This document shows, piece by piece, positions 41,423 through 52,644 of a stretch of DNA of 64,000 nt. Every line of letters begins with the position of its first letter. Position 1 is the first letter of the stretch. The position numbers were made by a program, and so were the translations under genes. Under the pieces are notes generated by a model, which saw only the letters and a program-made list of their open reading frames with translations, had not been told where the DNA came from and ran no database searches. Origin of the DNA: Leptolyngbyaceae cyanobacterium (GTDB lineage: Bacteria > Cyanobacteriota > Cyanobacteriia > Phormidesmidales > Phormidesmidaceae); assembly GCA_965263355.1 (NCBI GenBank), contig CBDHHL010000056.1, forward strand, positions 1,344,001 through 1,408,000, written 5' to 3'.

Positions 41423-41550
41423 CGGTACTTCGATCGTTACACTGCAGTCTATGTCCGTAAATCTGGGGATATAACTCTGCGGTAACGTACGTTTAAAACG
41501 CTGGCTAATCAGAGAATTCCCGATGATTCCAGCAAAAATTTGTAGAATGC

Positions 41551-41689
41551 GGGTACCAACTTAAAGCGGGAAGTTTTCCTAAGGATAGATGTCAGAAGTC
41601 AGGAGCCAGAAGCCATATCCCTTCTCCATTCTGGCTCCTGGATTCTAGATTCCTAGTTAACTAGAATTTCCCGGCTTGAGTGGATACCC
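41551..41689. mobile_element. MITE (139 bp) with an 8-bp target-site duplication
   Basis: Imperfect TIRs GGGTACCAACTTAAAGCGGGAA / TTCCCGGCTTGAGTGGATACCC; flanking direct repeat TAGAATGC at 41543-41550 and 41690-41697; related copy near 56026-56283. Confidence 0.85.
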
Positions 41690-41776
41690 TAGAATGCTAT
41701 GTCATTTTTTCCAAACAAAATAGATGAAGCAGCATTCAGTCAGCTATCTGAATCGTGGTTTGAGATGCCAATAAAA

Positions 41777-41808
41777 ACAAGCGCACTATTTCAAAATAGT
41801 GCGCTTGT
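41777..41808 (-). terminator. Terminator of the PEP-CTERM gene
   Basis: Perfect 15-bp arms ACAAGCGCACTATTT / AAATAGTGCGCTTGT with an adjacent A-run. Confidence 0.75.
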
Positions 41809-41871
41809 GCGATTTCATATACCGTTTCTTTAATGCAATTCACTGATTGGGAGAAGTTATTGGCTATGCAC

Positions 41872-42561
41872 TTAGCTTAATGTCTTACGCTTCAAAAAAC
41901 GGATAATACCTATAGAACTGAGCATTAGTAGACTCAAGGCAGACGTTGGTTCAGGTACGGCCTCAGGATCAGACTCTACAGGGGTGACTGCGATTGCTCT
42001 AACATCAAAACCATCACGACCATTGACTGCCTGAGATTTGTCCACCAACATTACATAGTTGAACACACCTTCAGCGGCTTCTCCTGCATTCGTAGCACCA
42101 TCTGCTAAATAAGCACCATCTGCGATGTTGAAAATATCTCCTGCATAAGACCACTGGCTTAGATCGCCTGCAACAGATTGCCAATCAACAACATTGTCAA
42201 AATTACCATAGTAGATATCTACACGCTCATCATAATCAGACTGCACTTGATAGTTGCCAAGAGTTACAGGGGCATTGCTTCCAGTTGATTCCCAAAGAGA
42301 AATTTCACCGGAAAAGTCTTGTCCAAAATCAAACACGGCTCGTCCACCGAGCCCCAGTGACATGAAATATCCACCGTTGTTATAACTATCAACTCCTAAA
42401 GCATTAACGGTTTTGCTGCGAGCTTCACTAACAGAATTGTTGTTGTCATAGTAAACAACATCAGTAGCATGGATTTTAGCTGCCTGAGCCTGACCTGCTG
42501 AGACGGTGGCTGCTATGGCCAATAGAGATGCAGAAAGAAACTGAGATGCCTTCATAGTCAT
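41872..42561 (-). CDS. PEP-CTERM sorting-domain surface protein
   Basis: Signal peptide (AQA), C-terminal VPEPTS, hydrophobic segment, KRK. Confidence 0.9.
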   Translation of the reverse strand: MTMKASQFLSASLLAIAATVSAGQAQAAKIHATDVVYYDNNNSVSEARSKTVNALGVDSYNNGGYFMSLGLGGRAVFDFGQDFSGEISLWESTGSNAPVTLGNYQVQSDYDERVDIYYGNFDNVVDWQSVAGDLSQWSYAGDIFNIADGAYLADGATNAGEAAEGVFNYVMLVDKSQAVNGRDGFDVRAIAVTPVESDPEAVPEPTSALSLLMLSSIGIIRFLKRKTLS

Positions 42562-42896
42562 GACTAAAAGAATTCAACTAAAAAATGTCAGGTGGTACAA
42601 GTAGAGACTTGGTTTAGGGAAACAAGGCTTCCGAAATGACTCGGACTTGCTCCTTCTTCCTAGTAAAATCTAATACCTGATTTCCCTGAGACCAATCCTG
42701 AAAAACACTGATTTTCTCTTTAAAGAGTATGTGAAAGAATATCTGTCCTTTCTGGGCTTTTCGATAATTGTCCAAAGCTATATGCAGTGCAATCGAATGC
42801 TGTATGAATATAACTGCTATATCCGTGAGAATACTCAATTACTTTCTTGAATAACAATTGATGAATGTATGTGTTGATTTTGGTAAACCGTATTCA

Positions 42897-44153
42897 TTAG
42901 GCAATACTGCCGCGTTTTCTAGCCTCTTTGTAGGAGGTGCCTACATTCTGTAACCCAGCTCTAATCATTTGTTGTTCGAGGAGGGCAAAAAATCGGTTGC
43001 GATCGCCCCCCCGCACCACCGCCTGATTATGGGCCTCAGCCAGGGCAACCGGGTAGCCAAATCCCTTTTTAACCTGGGTTAACGTCAAACTCAGAGCGGC
43101 GTCAAATAGTTGGCTATCATTAACCACCCATGCTGGAAACTCTACACGGGCGATTTCAGCCCCCACATGTACATGGCAAAAATAAACTTGATGCTCACCG
43201 TACAGCTGCAAAATATCGGCTGAGCTTTTGAATAATGGTCCTCGTTGCCCTGGCTCTAGCAATGTGGCCCATAGGGTGACATCCCGCAGTGGTGAGAATA
43301 TCTGACAGGGCGCACCATCGGTTTGACCCTCGCAGTGTTTTTGACAATCTGGCTGGTCATGGGGGCAGCTTTGCAAGCGCAGAAAGTTCAATGCCTCACT
43401 GCTACGGGATGCGCTGAGATATCCCACCATGGGGATCTGGGCGGCACGCAGGCGATCCCAGGCTGCCAGGATTGGCCCTAGGATTTGGTCCCTGGCAGGT
43501 GCCGGTAGCTGATCGAGGAACCAGTAGATTAATGATCCGTCGGTCATGGCCAGGGTGGGGATTTGGGGATTGGGAGCGGGGAAGAGGGGGAGAGGGGGAG
43601 AAGAGGGCTGAGACGTTAGGGCTGCTTGCATGCCTTGTTCCCTCTGCTTACCTCCGTTCACATCAATCGCTAATTCTGCCAATACCACCGCCTCGGACAC
43701 CGTCCGTCGATAGCCCATCCATTCTTCTGTGCGGATGCCCCACTGTCGTGAGGTGTAAAGGTCTTCTGGGCGATAGATGACCTCTGGCTGACTGTCGAGC
43801 AGCGGAAATCGGCTTTGGCCGTAGTGCAGTACAACACGACCAATGTTAAGCAGATAGCAATAGGCGATTTCGTGGTGGCTGGGGTTGATCTGGGAGCCGT
43901 CAGTGGCAATGACGGTATGGGCTTCTGGGGCGGGTTGGATCTGGACGCGAGTATCCAGGGGTTCAATCGGTTCGGCGGCGGTGAAACCAATCTCATGGTG
44001 GTGCAGCTGGTCGATCAACTGCACCTGATGCAGATGGGCCTGATGGAGGAGTTGGGTTGCGATCGCAATCCTGGTCTTAGCCGCCTCAGCTTCCTTGGCC
44101 AGGTGATGACTAATCCCCTGCATCTGCTGTGCAATTTTTGATAGATCCAGCAT
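42897..44153 (-). CDS. nurA: NurA-family nuclease
   Basis: IATDGSQI, AMTDGSL, EIARVEFP, GYPVALAEAHNQAVV. Confidence 0.88.
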   Translation of the reverse strand: MLDLSKIAQQMQGISHHLAKEAEAAKTRIAIATQLLHQAHLHQVQLIDQLHHHEIGFTAAEPIEPLDTRVQIQPAPEAHTVIATDGSQINPSHHEIAYCYLLNIGRVVLHYGQSRFPLLDSQPEVIYRPEDLYTSRQWGIRTEEWMGYRRTVSEAVVLAELAIDVNGGKQREQGMQAALTSQPSSPPLPLFPAPNPQIPTLAMTDGSLIYWFLDQLPAPARDQILGPILAAWDRLRAAQIPMVGYLSASRSSEALNFLRLQSCPHDQPDCQKHCEGQTDGAPCQIFSPLRDVTLWATLLEPGQRGPLFKSSADILQLYGEHQVYFCHVHVGAEIARVEFPAWVVNDSQLFDAALSLTLTQVKKGFGYPVALAEAHNQAVVRGGDRNRFFALLEQQMIRAGLQNVGTSYKEARKRGSIA

Positions 44154-44161
44154 AGCCTCAG

Positions 44162-44938
44162 TCAGATCGCATCGAACTTTTGTACTACCGAGTCTAACGA
44201 TAGCAGATCAATTCGATCATCTTCTTGGGCAGCTTGACGTTCAGGGGCTAAGTTGTAACCCCAATCGGCCAAAAATAGCTCAACATGTTCTAAATCAGGT
44301 TGTTGTTTAACCGCTTGTAGAGCCTTAATCCGGTCTTCGATAAACCAGATTTTGGGTGGTTGATGATTGGCAGTGTGGTTTGTTGTCAAGAGGCGTAACG
44401 TCTCATATTTACGGCGTTTAACCTCTTTACCTAAAATCTTTTCAGGGGGCATTGTCACTCCACTTTGTTGGAGTAACTGTTTGATAAAACGGCCTTCCTT
44501 CGTGCTGACAATATAGGTGGGCCGTTTTTCTAAGGAAGCCTGTAGGACGCTTAGCATATTGGGATAAAACCGATGTTGAGCCAACCAGTTATCTAAGTCA
44601 GCGGCAATCCAGGCATCCCGTTCGCCATCCAACGTTTTGGCAGCTTCAATTTTGGTTAGATTGATTTCGTCTAGAAATGGCAGGGCTAGCTCTGGCCAGT
44701 CGGCAATGATTTCTGCAGCAGTTTTATCAGAAACTAAAGCCCTAAGCAGCATTGGCATTTCCCAGCCAGTTTCAATCACAGGCCGTAATGGGTAAAACTT
44801 CTCTGCCAAACCGATAGGAGGTTCTAAACTGTCTGGCTTGAACAGTTTGCAATAGGCCCGCCAAGCCGTCTGGAAATATTCAATCAGCCCGTCACAAATC
44901 ACCCCATCAAAATCAAAGGCCAGCACATCTGGTTGCAT
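44162..44938 (-). CDS. HAD-family hydrolase
   Basis: AFDFDGVICD, VSTK, FIEDR, LADWGYN. Confidence 0.88.
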   Translation of the reverse strand: MQPDVLAFDFDGVICDGLIEYFQTAWRAYCKLFKPDSLEPPIGLAEKFYPLRPVIETGWEMPMLLRALVSDKTAAEIIADWPELALPFLDEINLTKIEAAKTLDGERDAWIAADLDNWLAQHRFYPNMLSVLQASLEKRPTYIVSTKEGRFIKQLLQQSGVTMPPEKILGKEVKRRKYETLRLLTTNHTANHQPPKIWFIEDRIKALQAVKQQPDLEHVELFLADWGYNLAPERQAAQEDDRIDLLSLDSVVQKFDAI

Positions 44939-45076
44939 GGTTAAGTTTCCTGTCAGCTACCTTGCAACGATACCGGAGGAGTCGCTTACGAAAACTATCT
45001 GTTGGCTACAATATGAAGAATACAGTGCTGGCAATGTCAACTATGATAGCGACCACGTCTGTCTGATAGACATTAT

Positions 45077-45712
45077 CTATCGAATAACGATACTTCCCAG
45101 ACGTGTCAAAATTTTCAAAATCTCCCCCAGTTCATGACGGCGAGGAAATAGGGAAAACGTCCGCGATGTATCGTACAGTGGACCAGCTGGCTGAAGTACT
45201 TTTAGAAAAACAAACTCATCACCGTTTGTTGCCATGCCATAAACAGGCTGTTCTGGCTGAGGGCTAGCCAGCATATACGCCAGAAGTTGAGGTAAGGCAG
45301 CCGGAACTGGAATACTGGTTCGCTTGGATTCAACCACCATGATCCACAGTCGCTCTTGCACTACTAGGGTATCGATAAAACCGCGAATGATTTCATCTGG
45401 ATCGTCCAGTTCCAGACTAATCCCGTCAGGAGACTTAAGTCGAAAAGGTGGGTCTAGAAAACCGGCTAATTCTAGTAGAGGTGATAGCACAACAGCATTG
45501 ATCGTGCCTTCTAACAGTAAACCCTCTGCCCGATGATAGTCGTAGCGATTTTTTAGCCGTTCTACACCGAGTACTTGAGCGCTGCTGAGTTCGGGTAAAT
45601 CAGTGCGCCATTCCTTAAAAAAGGTATCACTGCTGGCTTGCTGCAAGTTAAAGTGGCTCTGCAAATCATTCAGAGTTTTAATCCGATCAGTAACGCCAAG
45701 AGCAGTGGTCAT
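45077..45712 (-). CDS. Stand-alone HsdR N-terminal-like PD-(D/E)XK protein
   Basis: VLSPLLELAGF, RGFIDTLV, VVESK, QLLAYM, GMATNGDEFVF. Confidence 0.75.
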   Translation of the reverse strand: MTTALGVTDRIKTLNDLQSHFNLQQASSDTFFKEWRTDLPELSSAQVLGVERLKNRYDYHRAEGLLLEGTINAVVLSPLLELAGFLDPPFRLKSPDGISLELDDPDEIIRGFIDTLVVQERLWIMVVESKRTSIPVPAALPQLLAYMLASPQPEQPVYGMATNGDEFVFLKVLQPAGPLYDTSRTFSLFPRRHELGEILKILTRLGSIVIR

Positions 45713-45780
45713 AAAGCTTTCTGCTAAACGGGTTAACTTCAGTTTAGCAATTCTTTTTCTAGGGCTAATGTTTGAAAACA

Positions 45781-45813
45781 GAGGCCTTGAGAAAAATGGA
45801 AACTCAAGGCCTC
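45781..45813. repeat. Perfect 11-bp inverted repeat in a divergent intergenic region
   Basis: GAGGCCTTGAG-N11-CTCAAGGCCTC. Confidence 0.7.
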
Positions 45814-45963
45814 AGGGCGTAGAAGCACCTGATTCCAAACCCCAAATCAATCTATACCAGAGGGTACCTAGAAAAATTGTCAATTGATTAACTCTAGTCG
45901 CGTTAATGCTAACCGTAGCAGGATTGAGGGTTTAGAATGGGAAACGCTGGATAGGTAAGCCAT

Positions 45964-47883
45964 ATGGGCAGCTCGGTAGAGTTTCTAGATGAATTTGATG
46001 TAATCGTCATTGGTGCGGGCCATGCCGGATGTGAGGCAGCTCTGGCGTCGGCGCGGCTGGGGGTGCGGACGCTTCTGCTAACCCTTAATTTGGATAAGAT
46101 TGCATGGCAGCCCTGTAATCCAGCGGTGGGTGGTCCAGCAAAGTCGCAGCTGACCCATGAGGTGGATGCCCTGGGGGGAGAGATTGGCAAAATGGCCGAT
46201 CGCACCTATCTACAAAAACGGGTGCTGAATAATTCCCGTGGCCCGGCGGTGTGGGCGCTGCGGGCACAGACCGATAAGCGCGAATATGCCGCCATAATGA
46301 AAACCATTGTGGAGAATCAGGAAAATCTGGTGCTGCGCGAAGGGATGGCGACGGATTTGATTTTGGGTGAAAACGATGATGTCATTGGGGTACAAACTTA
46401 CTTTGGGGTAGCATTTCGCTGCAAGGCGGTGATTCTCACGACGGGTACATTTCTCGGTGGTGTGATCTGGGTGGGTGATAAGTCGATGGCGGCGGGTCGG
46501 TCTGGTGAGTTTGCGGCTGTGGGTCTGACGGACACACTCAATCAATTAGGGTTTGAAACCGGACGTCTGAAGACAGGGACGCCAGCACGGGTGGACCGTC
46601 GTACGATCAATTTTGATGTGTTAGAGAAGCAGCCCAGTGACCTGGATGTACGCTGGTTTAGTTTTGACCCAGAGGTGTGGGTTGAGCGTGAACCGATGGA
46701 TTGTCATTTAACTCGTACAACCGCTGAGACCCATCGCATTATTCAAGAGAATCTTCACATGTCACCCATCTATGGTGGCTGGGTGGATTCTAAGGGACCG
46801 CGTTACTGTCCTAGCATTGAAGATAAAATAGTCCGGTTTGCGGATAAAGAGAGTCATCAGATCTTCTTAGAGCCTGAAGGTCGGACAATTCCTGAGATTT
46901 ATGTGCAGGGGTTCTCGACTGGGTTACCCGAGGGTATTCAACAAGCGATGCTGCGCAGTCTACCTGGGTTAGAGAATTGCGCCATGCTGCGTCCAGCCTA
47001 TGCGGTGGAATATGATTACTTGCCGGCTACCCAGTGCTTCCCGACTCTCATGACCAAGAAGATTGAAGGGCTATTCTGCGCTGGGCAGATCAATGGTACA
47101 ACGGGGTACGAAGAAGCGGCGGCCCAGGGGTTTGTGGCGGGAGTCAACTCTGTGCGCTATGCCCAGGGAAAAGAGATGATTATCTTCTCGCGAGAGGGTA
47201 GCTACATTGGTACGCTGATTGACGACCTCTGTACCAAAGATTTGCGTGAGCCCTACCGCATGCTGACGTCTCGCTCAGAATATCGGTTGATTCTACGGTC
47301 AGATAATGCAGATCAGCGGCTGACGCCCCTGGGTCGTGAGATTGGCCTGATCGATGATCGTCGTTGGGAGTTGTATACCCGTAAGCAAGCAAATATTGCG
47401 GCGGAAAAGGAACGGTTGCACAGTACCCGAGTGAAGGCCCATGAGCCTGCGGGTCAACAGATTGTGGCGGATACGGGGCAGAAAATTAAGGACGCGATCG
47501 CACTTGCCGATCTGCTCCGTCGTCCTCGATTCCATTACACCCATTTAGAGCAGTATGGTCTGGGCAACCTGGACCTGACCCGCGCTGAGAAAGAAGGTGC
47601 TGAAATCGATATCAAGTACTCGGGGTACATTCAACGCCAGAAAAGCCAGATTGAGCAGGTGGCCAAGCAAACTAACCGCAAGCTACCCCAAGGCCTTGAT
47701 TATATGGCCATCGACACACTGTCAATGGAGGCCCGTGAAAAATTAACAGCCGTTCAGCCATTGACTGTGGGGCAGGCTACTCGCATTGGTGGAGTCAACC
47801 CGGCGGACATTAATGCATTGCTAGTGCACCTAGAAATTAAAGACCGCCAGCGAGCGCTTGTTAAGACTGTGACACCGGAATGA
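45964..47883 (+). CDS. mnmG: tRNA U34 carboxymethylaminomethyl modification enzyme MnmG/GidA
   Basis: [53 protein letters not shown]. Confidence 0.98.
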   Translation: MGSSVEFLDEFDVIVIGAGHAGCEAALASARLGVRTLLLTLNLDKIAWQPCNPAVGGPAKSQLTHEVDALGGEIGKMADRTYLQKRVLNNSRGPAVWALRAQTDKREYAAIMKTIVENQENLVLREGMATDLILGENDDVIGVQTYFGVAFRCKAVILTTGTFLGGVIWVGDKSMAAGRSGEFAAVGLTDTLNQLGFETGRLKTGTPARVDRRTINFDVLEKQPSDLDVRWFSFDPEVWVEREPMDCHLTRTTAETHRIIQENLHMSPIYGGWVDSKGPRYCPSIEDKIVRFADKESHQIFLEPEGRTIPEIYVQGFSTGLPEGIQQAMLRSLPGLENCAMLRPAYAVEYDYLPATQCFPTLMTKKIEGLFCAGQINGTTGYEEAAAQGFVAGVNSVRYAQGKEMIIFSREGSYIGTLIDDLCTKDLREPYRMLTSRSEYRLILRSDNADQRLTPLGREIGLIDDRRWELYTRKQANIAAEKERLHSTRVKAHEPAGQQIVADTGQKIKDAIALADLLRRPRFHYTHLEQYGLGNLDLTRAEKEGAEIDIKYSGYIQRQKSQIEQVAKQTNRKLPQGLDYMAIDTLSMEAREKLTAVQPLTVGQATRIGGVNPADINALLVHLEIKDRQRALVKTVTPE

Positions 47884-49480
47884 TAATTCTAAAGGTACTT
47901 CCTACCCCTAGCTGACTTTGGCATTCCAGCCGTCCTTTGTGCTGACTGTGAATGATTTGATAACTGTTAGATAGGCCCAACCCTGGGCCTTGGCCGATGG
48001 CTTTAGTGGTGAAAAAAGGTTCAAAGATTTTGGACTGAATCGCATCAGGAATACCTGGGCCATTATCCTCAAAACAAATGGCTATCTGATTATTTTTCAG
48101 GGTGGTGGTAATCGTAATGCGGGGGGCGGAAGCCTTTCTAGACGTTCGTCGTAGCGCTTCAATGCTGTTATTGATCAGATGCATAAATACCTGATTGAGC
48201 TGAGCTACATAACATTCAACCAGGGGCAACTGACCGTAGCACTTGATTACCTCAATGGTTGGATAAAGACTATCCGCACTCAGCTGATGTTCTAGCAGTA
48301 GCAATGTGCTGTTGAGCCCATTGTGAATATCAACCTTCTTTTTGGCAATCTCATCTTTACGAGAGAATGATTTTAGGGAGAGCACAATATTTTTAATGCG
48401 TTCTGCACCATCACGGGCAGACTGAAATAGCTTAGGTAAATCATCCTTGAGAAATTCTAAATCAGCCTGTTCGGTGGCATCTTCAATTACATCACTAGCT
48501 TGAGGATATTGTTGCTGATAGCTTTCCACTAACGTGAGCAGATTTTGAAAATAGCCATTGGCCAGATGCATATTTGCATAGATAACATTGACCGAATTGT
48601 TAATTTCATGGGCAAATCCGGCCACAAATTGCCCCAAACCTAGCATTTTTTCATTGTGAATAATCTGAGCTTGGGCACTTTTTAGTTTTTTTAGGGTACG
48701 TTTGAGAGACTGATTTTTTCGATGTAACTCCTGGGTACGGATTTGAACAATATGTTCTAATTCTCTATTTTGTTGCTGTTGAACACTATACAAACGGCTG
48801 TTGCTAAGGGCGATGGAAACCTGGTTAGACAGATTTTCTAATCCAACCATGGCACCACCTTCAGCCACAATGCGGGTTTGGTACTGCCACATATCCGCTG
48901 TGTTACCGACCACCAGCAACCCAAAGTTAGCTTGGGTTTGATTATGCAATACGGTTACAGCATATTCATCCATTTCTAAACTAGAGCACCATTGCAGTAG
49001 AGTTTCATCAGTACACCCTTCAGTACACACTAAGGTTGTTTGCGTTCTATCACTATTAAAGAAATCGTTCCAGTCTATGGTGAGTTGCTGAATCGTTGCA
49101 ATTAGATCGTCATCGTAATAACCATCAAAGGCTTCTACATGGAGCTGTCTTTTATCATTGAGAAAGAATAGTAAACAGCGTTCAAAGCCAAGCTCGTAGA
49201 TGGCAAATTCGAGGGCTAGGGAAATGATCTGACTGCTGTCAAAAGTTTGATTGAGGGCGTTACCTAAATCTGAAAGTTTTTGATAAGTTCTAATTTGCTG
49301 ATCAAGATCGGCTTGTACCTGAAAGAAGCGATTCTCAGTTTTAATTAATTGGGTCGCTTGCTGAGCTAAATCATGATTCTGCTGTCTGAGGGCAGCGTTT
49401 TCTCGCAGGAGGCTCTCAATATTAGGAGAAACATCCACGGGCTGATCATCAGGAAAACGCTTACTATTGGCCATCAGCAC
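47861..49480 (-). CDS. GAF-domain sensor histidine kinase
   Basis: H-box [41 protein letters not shown]-terminal GAF-like region, no TM segment. Confidence 0.92.
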   Translation of the reverse strand: MLMANSKRFPDDQPVDVSPNIESLLRENAALRQQNHDLAQQATQLIKTENRFFQVQADLDQQIRTYQKLSDLGNALNQTFDSSQIISLALEFAIYELGFERCLLFFLNDKRQLHVEAFDGYYDDDLIATIQQLTIDWNDFFNSDRTQTTLVCTEGCTDETLLQWCSSLEMDEYAVTVLHNQTQANFGLLVVGNTADMWQYQTRIVAEGGAMVGLENLSNQVSIALSNSRLYSVQQQQNRELEHIVQIRTQELHRKNQSLKRTLKKLKSAQAQIIHNEKMLGLGQFVAGFAHEINNSVNVIYANMHLANGYFQNLLTLVESYQQQYPQASDVIEDATEQADLEFLKDDLPKLFQSARDGAERIKNIVLSLKSFSRKDEIAKKKVDIHNGLNSTLLLLEHQLSADSLYPTIEVIKCYGQLPLVECYVAQLNQVFMHLINNSIEALRRTSRKASAPRITITTTLKNNQIAICFEDNGPGIPDAIQSKIFEPFFTTKAIGQGPGLGLSNSYQIIHSQHKGRLECQSQLGVGSTFRIIIPVSQS

Positions 49481-50661
49481 ACTACGGATAAGACACCTGT
49501 AAAGCTATGTAAGCGATTTTTCCCATTAACGGGGCAAATTTCACCATAGCTGTAGAGTCCAATCCAAGGGATGGATTGGCCAATTTTTTCTTGCAGGGCT
49601 AACACCATGTTCTGCTTTTCTTTTTCAGGCATGATCATCTTGCCTCGACCATCACATTCAATATGAAAAACAAACTTGGGTTGCCGGCCATTTAACTGGC
49701 GATTTATCTGGTCAGCCGTTGCTTCAGCGGCTTGATGCATCTTTTTCGTATCCCGACGAGTTATCCAAAAGTCACTGCCTTCTTCTATATTGGCTGATGC
49801 AACAACGCAATTGGTGCTGTCTTCTTTTGAAATCATACAGCGAATAAATAGATCGCTGCCATATTCCAGCGGATCGGGAGCTGGGAAACCGAGGCCAAGA
49901 TTGACAGCTGTTTTATCCCAATTGGCAATTTCATCGTCTTCCAAGTAGTCGTGTAGTACATCGAAGACAGGCTGGTGGTCAATTTCGTAAATTTTATTGC
50001 CCTCAGCTCGAGTAATGGTGCGTTTTTGACCAATGGGCATACAGCCATGGCTGATTTCACTGATCAATGCGGCTTGGCCTGATAGCAATGCCCATGAGAC
50101 GCTATCGGAAACTACCTGATCGTCACAATATTGATAGGTTTTTTGATAGCTAAAATTGTCGCCGCACAAACCGCCAATAATCGGTAGGGGGCTGTCCCAG
50201 TCCATCATTGTCTCTAGCCCGGTCATGAGTTCATCAAAATTGACGGTCATGGCATCGGCATTTAGGAAAAGTGCGATCGCATCCCCATGATCATTTGTCG
50301 TCAGTTGCTGACCAAGCATCTGTCCTATTAGCATTGAAGACTCACTCAGCCCAGGTAGTACACCATGGTTAAACTGAAGTTCATCGGACCGGATGACCAT
50401 AACTGCTACGGCAAAATTTGATTCATCTGCCAGACCTTGAGCAATGATCCCTGCCGCTGAGCAACCAAATAAAGGGGCATGGTTAGTAGCGATGCGCACA
50501 CTATCAATTAATATTTTCTGCCTGTAGCCAACCGTAGCAAATACAAATACAAAGTCAGGCTGGGTAATCTTAGCTTGCTCTAATGCTTGAGCAGCTGCCT
50601 CTTGTCCAGCAACTTTAGGGTTGCGATGTCGACTAATACCGACACCTGCTTGAGTACTCAT
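49474..50661 (-). CDS. FIST-domain (NosP-like) sensory protein
   Basis: LFGCSAAG, IIGGLCGD, SHGCMPIG, GNKIYEIDHQP, ECDGRG, GLYSYGEI; likely start ATG 50661. Confidence 0.88.
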   Translation of the reverse strand: MSTQAGVGISRHRNPKVAGQEAAAQALEQAKITQPDFVFVFATVGYRQKILIDSVRIATNHAPLFGCSAAGIIAQGLADESNFAVAVMVIRSDELQFNHGVLPGLSESSMLIGQMLGQQLTTNDHGDAIALFLNADAMTVNFDELMTGLETMMDWDSPLPIIGGLCGDNFSYQKTYQYCDDQVVSDSVSWALLSGQAALISEISHGCMPIGQKRTITRAEGNKIYEIDHQPVFDVLHDYLEDDEIANWDKTAVNLGLGFPAPDPLEYGSDLFIRCMISKEDSTNCVVASANIEEGSDFWITRRDTKKMHQAAEATADQINRQLNGRQPKFVFHIECDGRGKMIMPEKEKQNMVLALQEKIGQSIPWIGLYSYGEICPVNGKNRLHSFTGVLSVVC

Positions 50662-50982
50662 AAAATTAAATAACTGAGGTTGGATAATGGCCAAAATTAG
50701 ACCATCCTATGCTATCTAACACTTTGCAGACTGACAGTTCGTTTGTTCTAACTTAAAATGGATTGGCCACATTATCCGATGCAACCAAAGAACTCCTAGT
50801 TCCTTTTACGGTCATCACCACAGCTCTAAGCTGTGTGTTGTTTACTATATCTAGTAGGTTGCTCTGCTCCTTTCTACTTGTCAAACATCGTAATTCATAA
50901 AAAAGCCAGTTTCCCAAAAAGGAAACTGGCGCAAATATGCGTACCTCATACACTCGATTGAATGGGCCAATGCCCTTAAAAC

Positions 50983-51420
50983 TTAAGCGACATCAGCTGT
51001 AGAATCCACTGTCACCACAGTATGTATCTCGTTTTCCTGCTCAATCAACGGTACAGTTGGAGTCATTTCAGGTTCCTGAGCAGATTCCTGAGCAAATAGT
51101 GTAGCCTTAATCGCATCAATGATAGCCTGAAGCTTCAGCTTGAACCGAGTAATGATGCCCTTTTCATCAGTAGCCGTTTCCTCAGCTGCCTGCTTAGCAT
51201 TCACATAGGCCTCCTGCCCCTTTTCTTTGACTGCTTGAACGGCATTGTCGGCTAGATCTTTGGCAAGAGGGCGGACAGTGCTAGCACCATCCTTAACTTC
51301 AGTAAGGGCATCAACCAAGGCAGATTTAAGGATATCAGCGATCTTTTGAGTGCGGCGACTCCCTTCTGCTTTGATGGACTGGAAGTTTTCGTTAACGGCT
51401 TGGCTGTTGGTATAAGTCAT
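50983..51420 (-). CDS. Hypothetical helical protein
   Basis: A/K/E-rich ORF co-oriented with the DUF1232 gene; likely start ATG 51420. Confidence 0.7.
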   Translation of the reverse strand: MTYTNSQAVNENFQSIKAEGSRRTQKIADILKSALVDALTEVKDGASTVRPLAKDLADNAVQAVKEKGQEAYVNAKQAAEETATDEKGIITRFKLKLQAIIDAIKATLFAQESAQEPEMTPTVPLIEQENEIHTVVTVDSTADVA

Positions 51421-51493
51421 GATTCTGTACCTTATGGGATCAATTAAACGTTGAACAAACGATGTCAGTAACAAACTTACTCAGAAGATTAAT

Positions 51494-51823
51494 TTAGCTA
51501 ACGGATACCGCCTGGACATCAACCACCTGCTCGGTTGTGGTGGCGGTATCAGCGGTTGCGTCGGCGTCTTTGTTGGCTTTTTTCTTAGCGGTGTTAACCT
51601 GCTCAAACAAAAGTTGAGACACTTCAGTGACTAGTAAAGTGGCAATGATGCCATCATCTAACCAGCCAATGATTGGAAAAACATCAGGCGAAATATCAAA
51701 GGGACTAACGAGATAGAGGAGGCTACCAAAAACAACCAGCCAACGATATTTAGAATTGCGGATAGCGTTGCGGTACCAAGTCCGTAGGCCTTCGATAATG
51801 GATTGCTGTGCAGATGTCTTCAT
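51494..51823 (-). CDS. YkvA/DUF1232 family protein
   Basis: LLYLVSPFDISPDVFPIIGWLDD. Confidence 0.9.
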   Translation of the reverse strand: MKTSAQQSIIEGLRTWYRNAIRNSKYRWLVVFGSLLYLVSPFDISPDVFPIIGWLDDGIIATLLVTEVSQLLFEQVNTAKKKANKDADATADTATTTEQVVDVQAVSVS

Positions 51824-51888
51824 AGGTTGTGTCTCTCTTGTTCGACAAATTCATAATCGCAAAGAGAGAGACATGACGCAGGTGGTGA

Positions 51889-52449
51889 ATGCCCCCATGG
51901 CATGGGGTAAAATTACACCGACACTACCGTATACGGTTCACCACCATGATAACTCAAAGTACTGCCCTGAAGGCGTTTCAACGACTCATCCCCATTTCCC
52001 TCGTGGTCATTTTTATACTGTTTGTGCCAGTTGTAAAAGTGTCTATGTTCTTTCCTTGGTTTGCACCCATGGCAGATGCGGCCCCTAAAGACTCCTTTCA
52101 ACGAGTTGAGATTAAAGGTGATGATGAACTGATGGAGGCCTATCGCAACGGTGAATCTGACCTGATTGTGGAAGGTGTCGGTCGGGTAGAACGCTTACTA
52201 GCAGATGATCTGGAGGGTTCTCGTCATCAGAAATTTATTTTGCGACTGGCGTCAGGACAATCGTTATTGGTAAGCCACAACATTGATCTGTCTACTCGCC
52301 TTGATGACTTAAGAGAAGGGGATGAAGTCCGGTTTCGGGGAGAGTATGAGTGGAATGAGCGGGGGGGTGTTTTGCATTGGACCCATGATGATCCTAAGGA
52401 CTGGCATGCCGATGGTTGGCTAATCCATAACGGAATTCGATACGACTAA
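51889..52449 (+). CDS. DUF3465 (OB-fold) family protein; start probably downstream
   Basis: LLADDLEGSRHQKFIL, HNIDL, FRGEYEWNERGGVLHWTHDDP, GWL. Confidence 0.85.
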   Translation: MPPWHGVKLHRHYRIRFTTMITQSTALKAFQRLIPISLVVIFILFVPVVKVSMFFPWFAPMADAAPKDSFQRVEIKGDDELMEAYRNGESDLIVEGVGRVERLLADDLEGSRHQKFILRLASGQSLLVSHNIDLSTRLDDLREGDEVRFRGEYEWNERGGVLHWTHDDPKDWHADGWLIHNGIRYD

Positions 52450-52644
52450 ACTGAAATGGAGATGACTTTGATCAGTCTATGACTCTCTGTGAATGTGGAC
52501 AGGTAAGGTTTTATGATGACTCAAAAATGTGTCCGCAATAACAAAATATTCTCTATAAAAGACAGATTGATTGCAACTATTAATTGTTTTTTAGAGTAGA
52601 ACAGGTTGTCCGCAGCAAAAAACATTGCTTGTTAAGAATAGGTG

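Noticed and set aside
45077..45712. Type I restriction-modification system, or a defence island together with nurA
   Set aside because: No hsdM, hsdS, helicase or herA nearby; such stand-alone genes are common in cyanobacteria
47861..47883. 23-bp convergent overlap of mnmG and the histidine kinase gene
   Set aside because: Short tail-to-tail overlaps are common, with no sign of function
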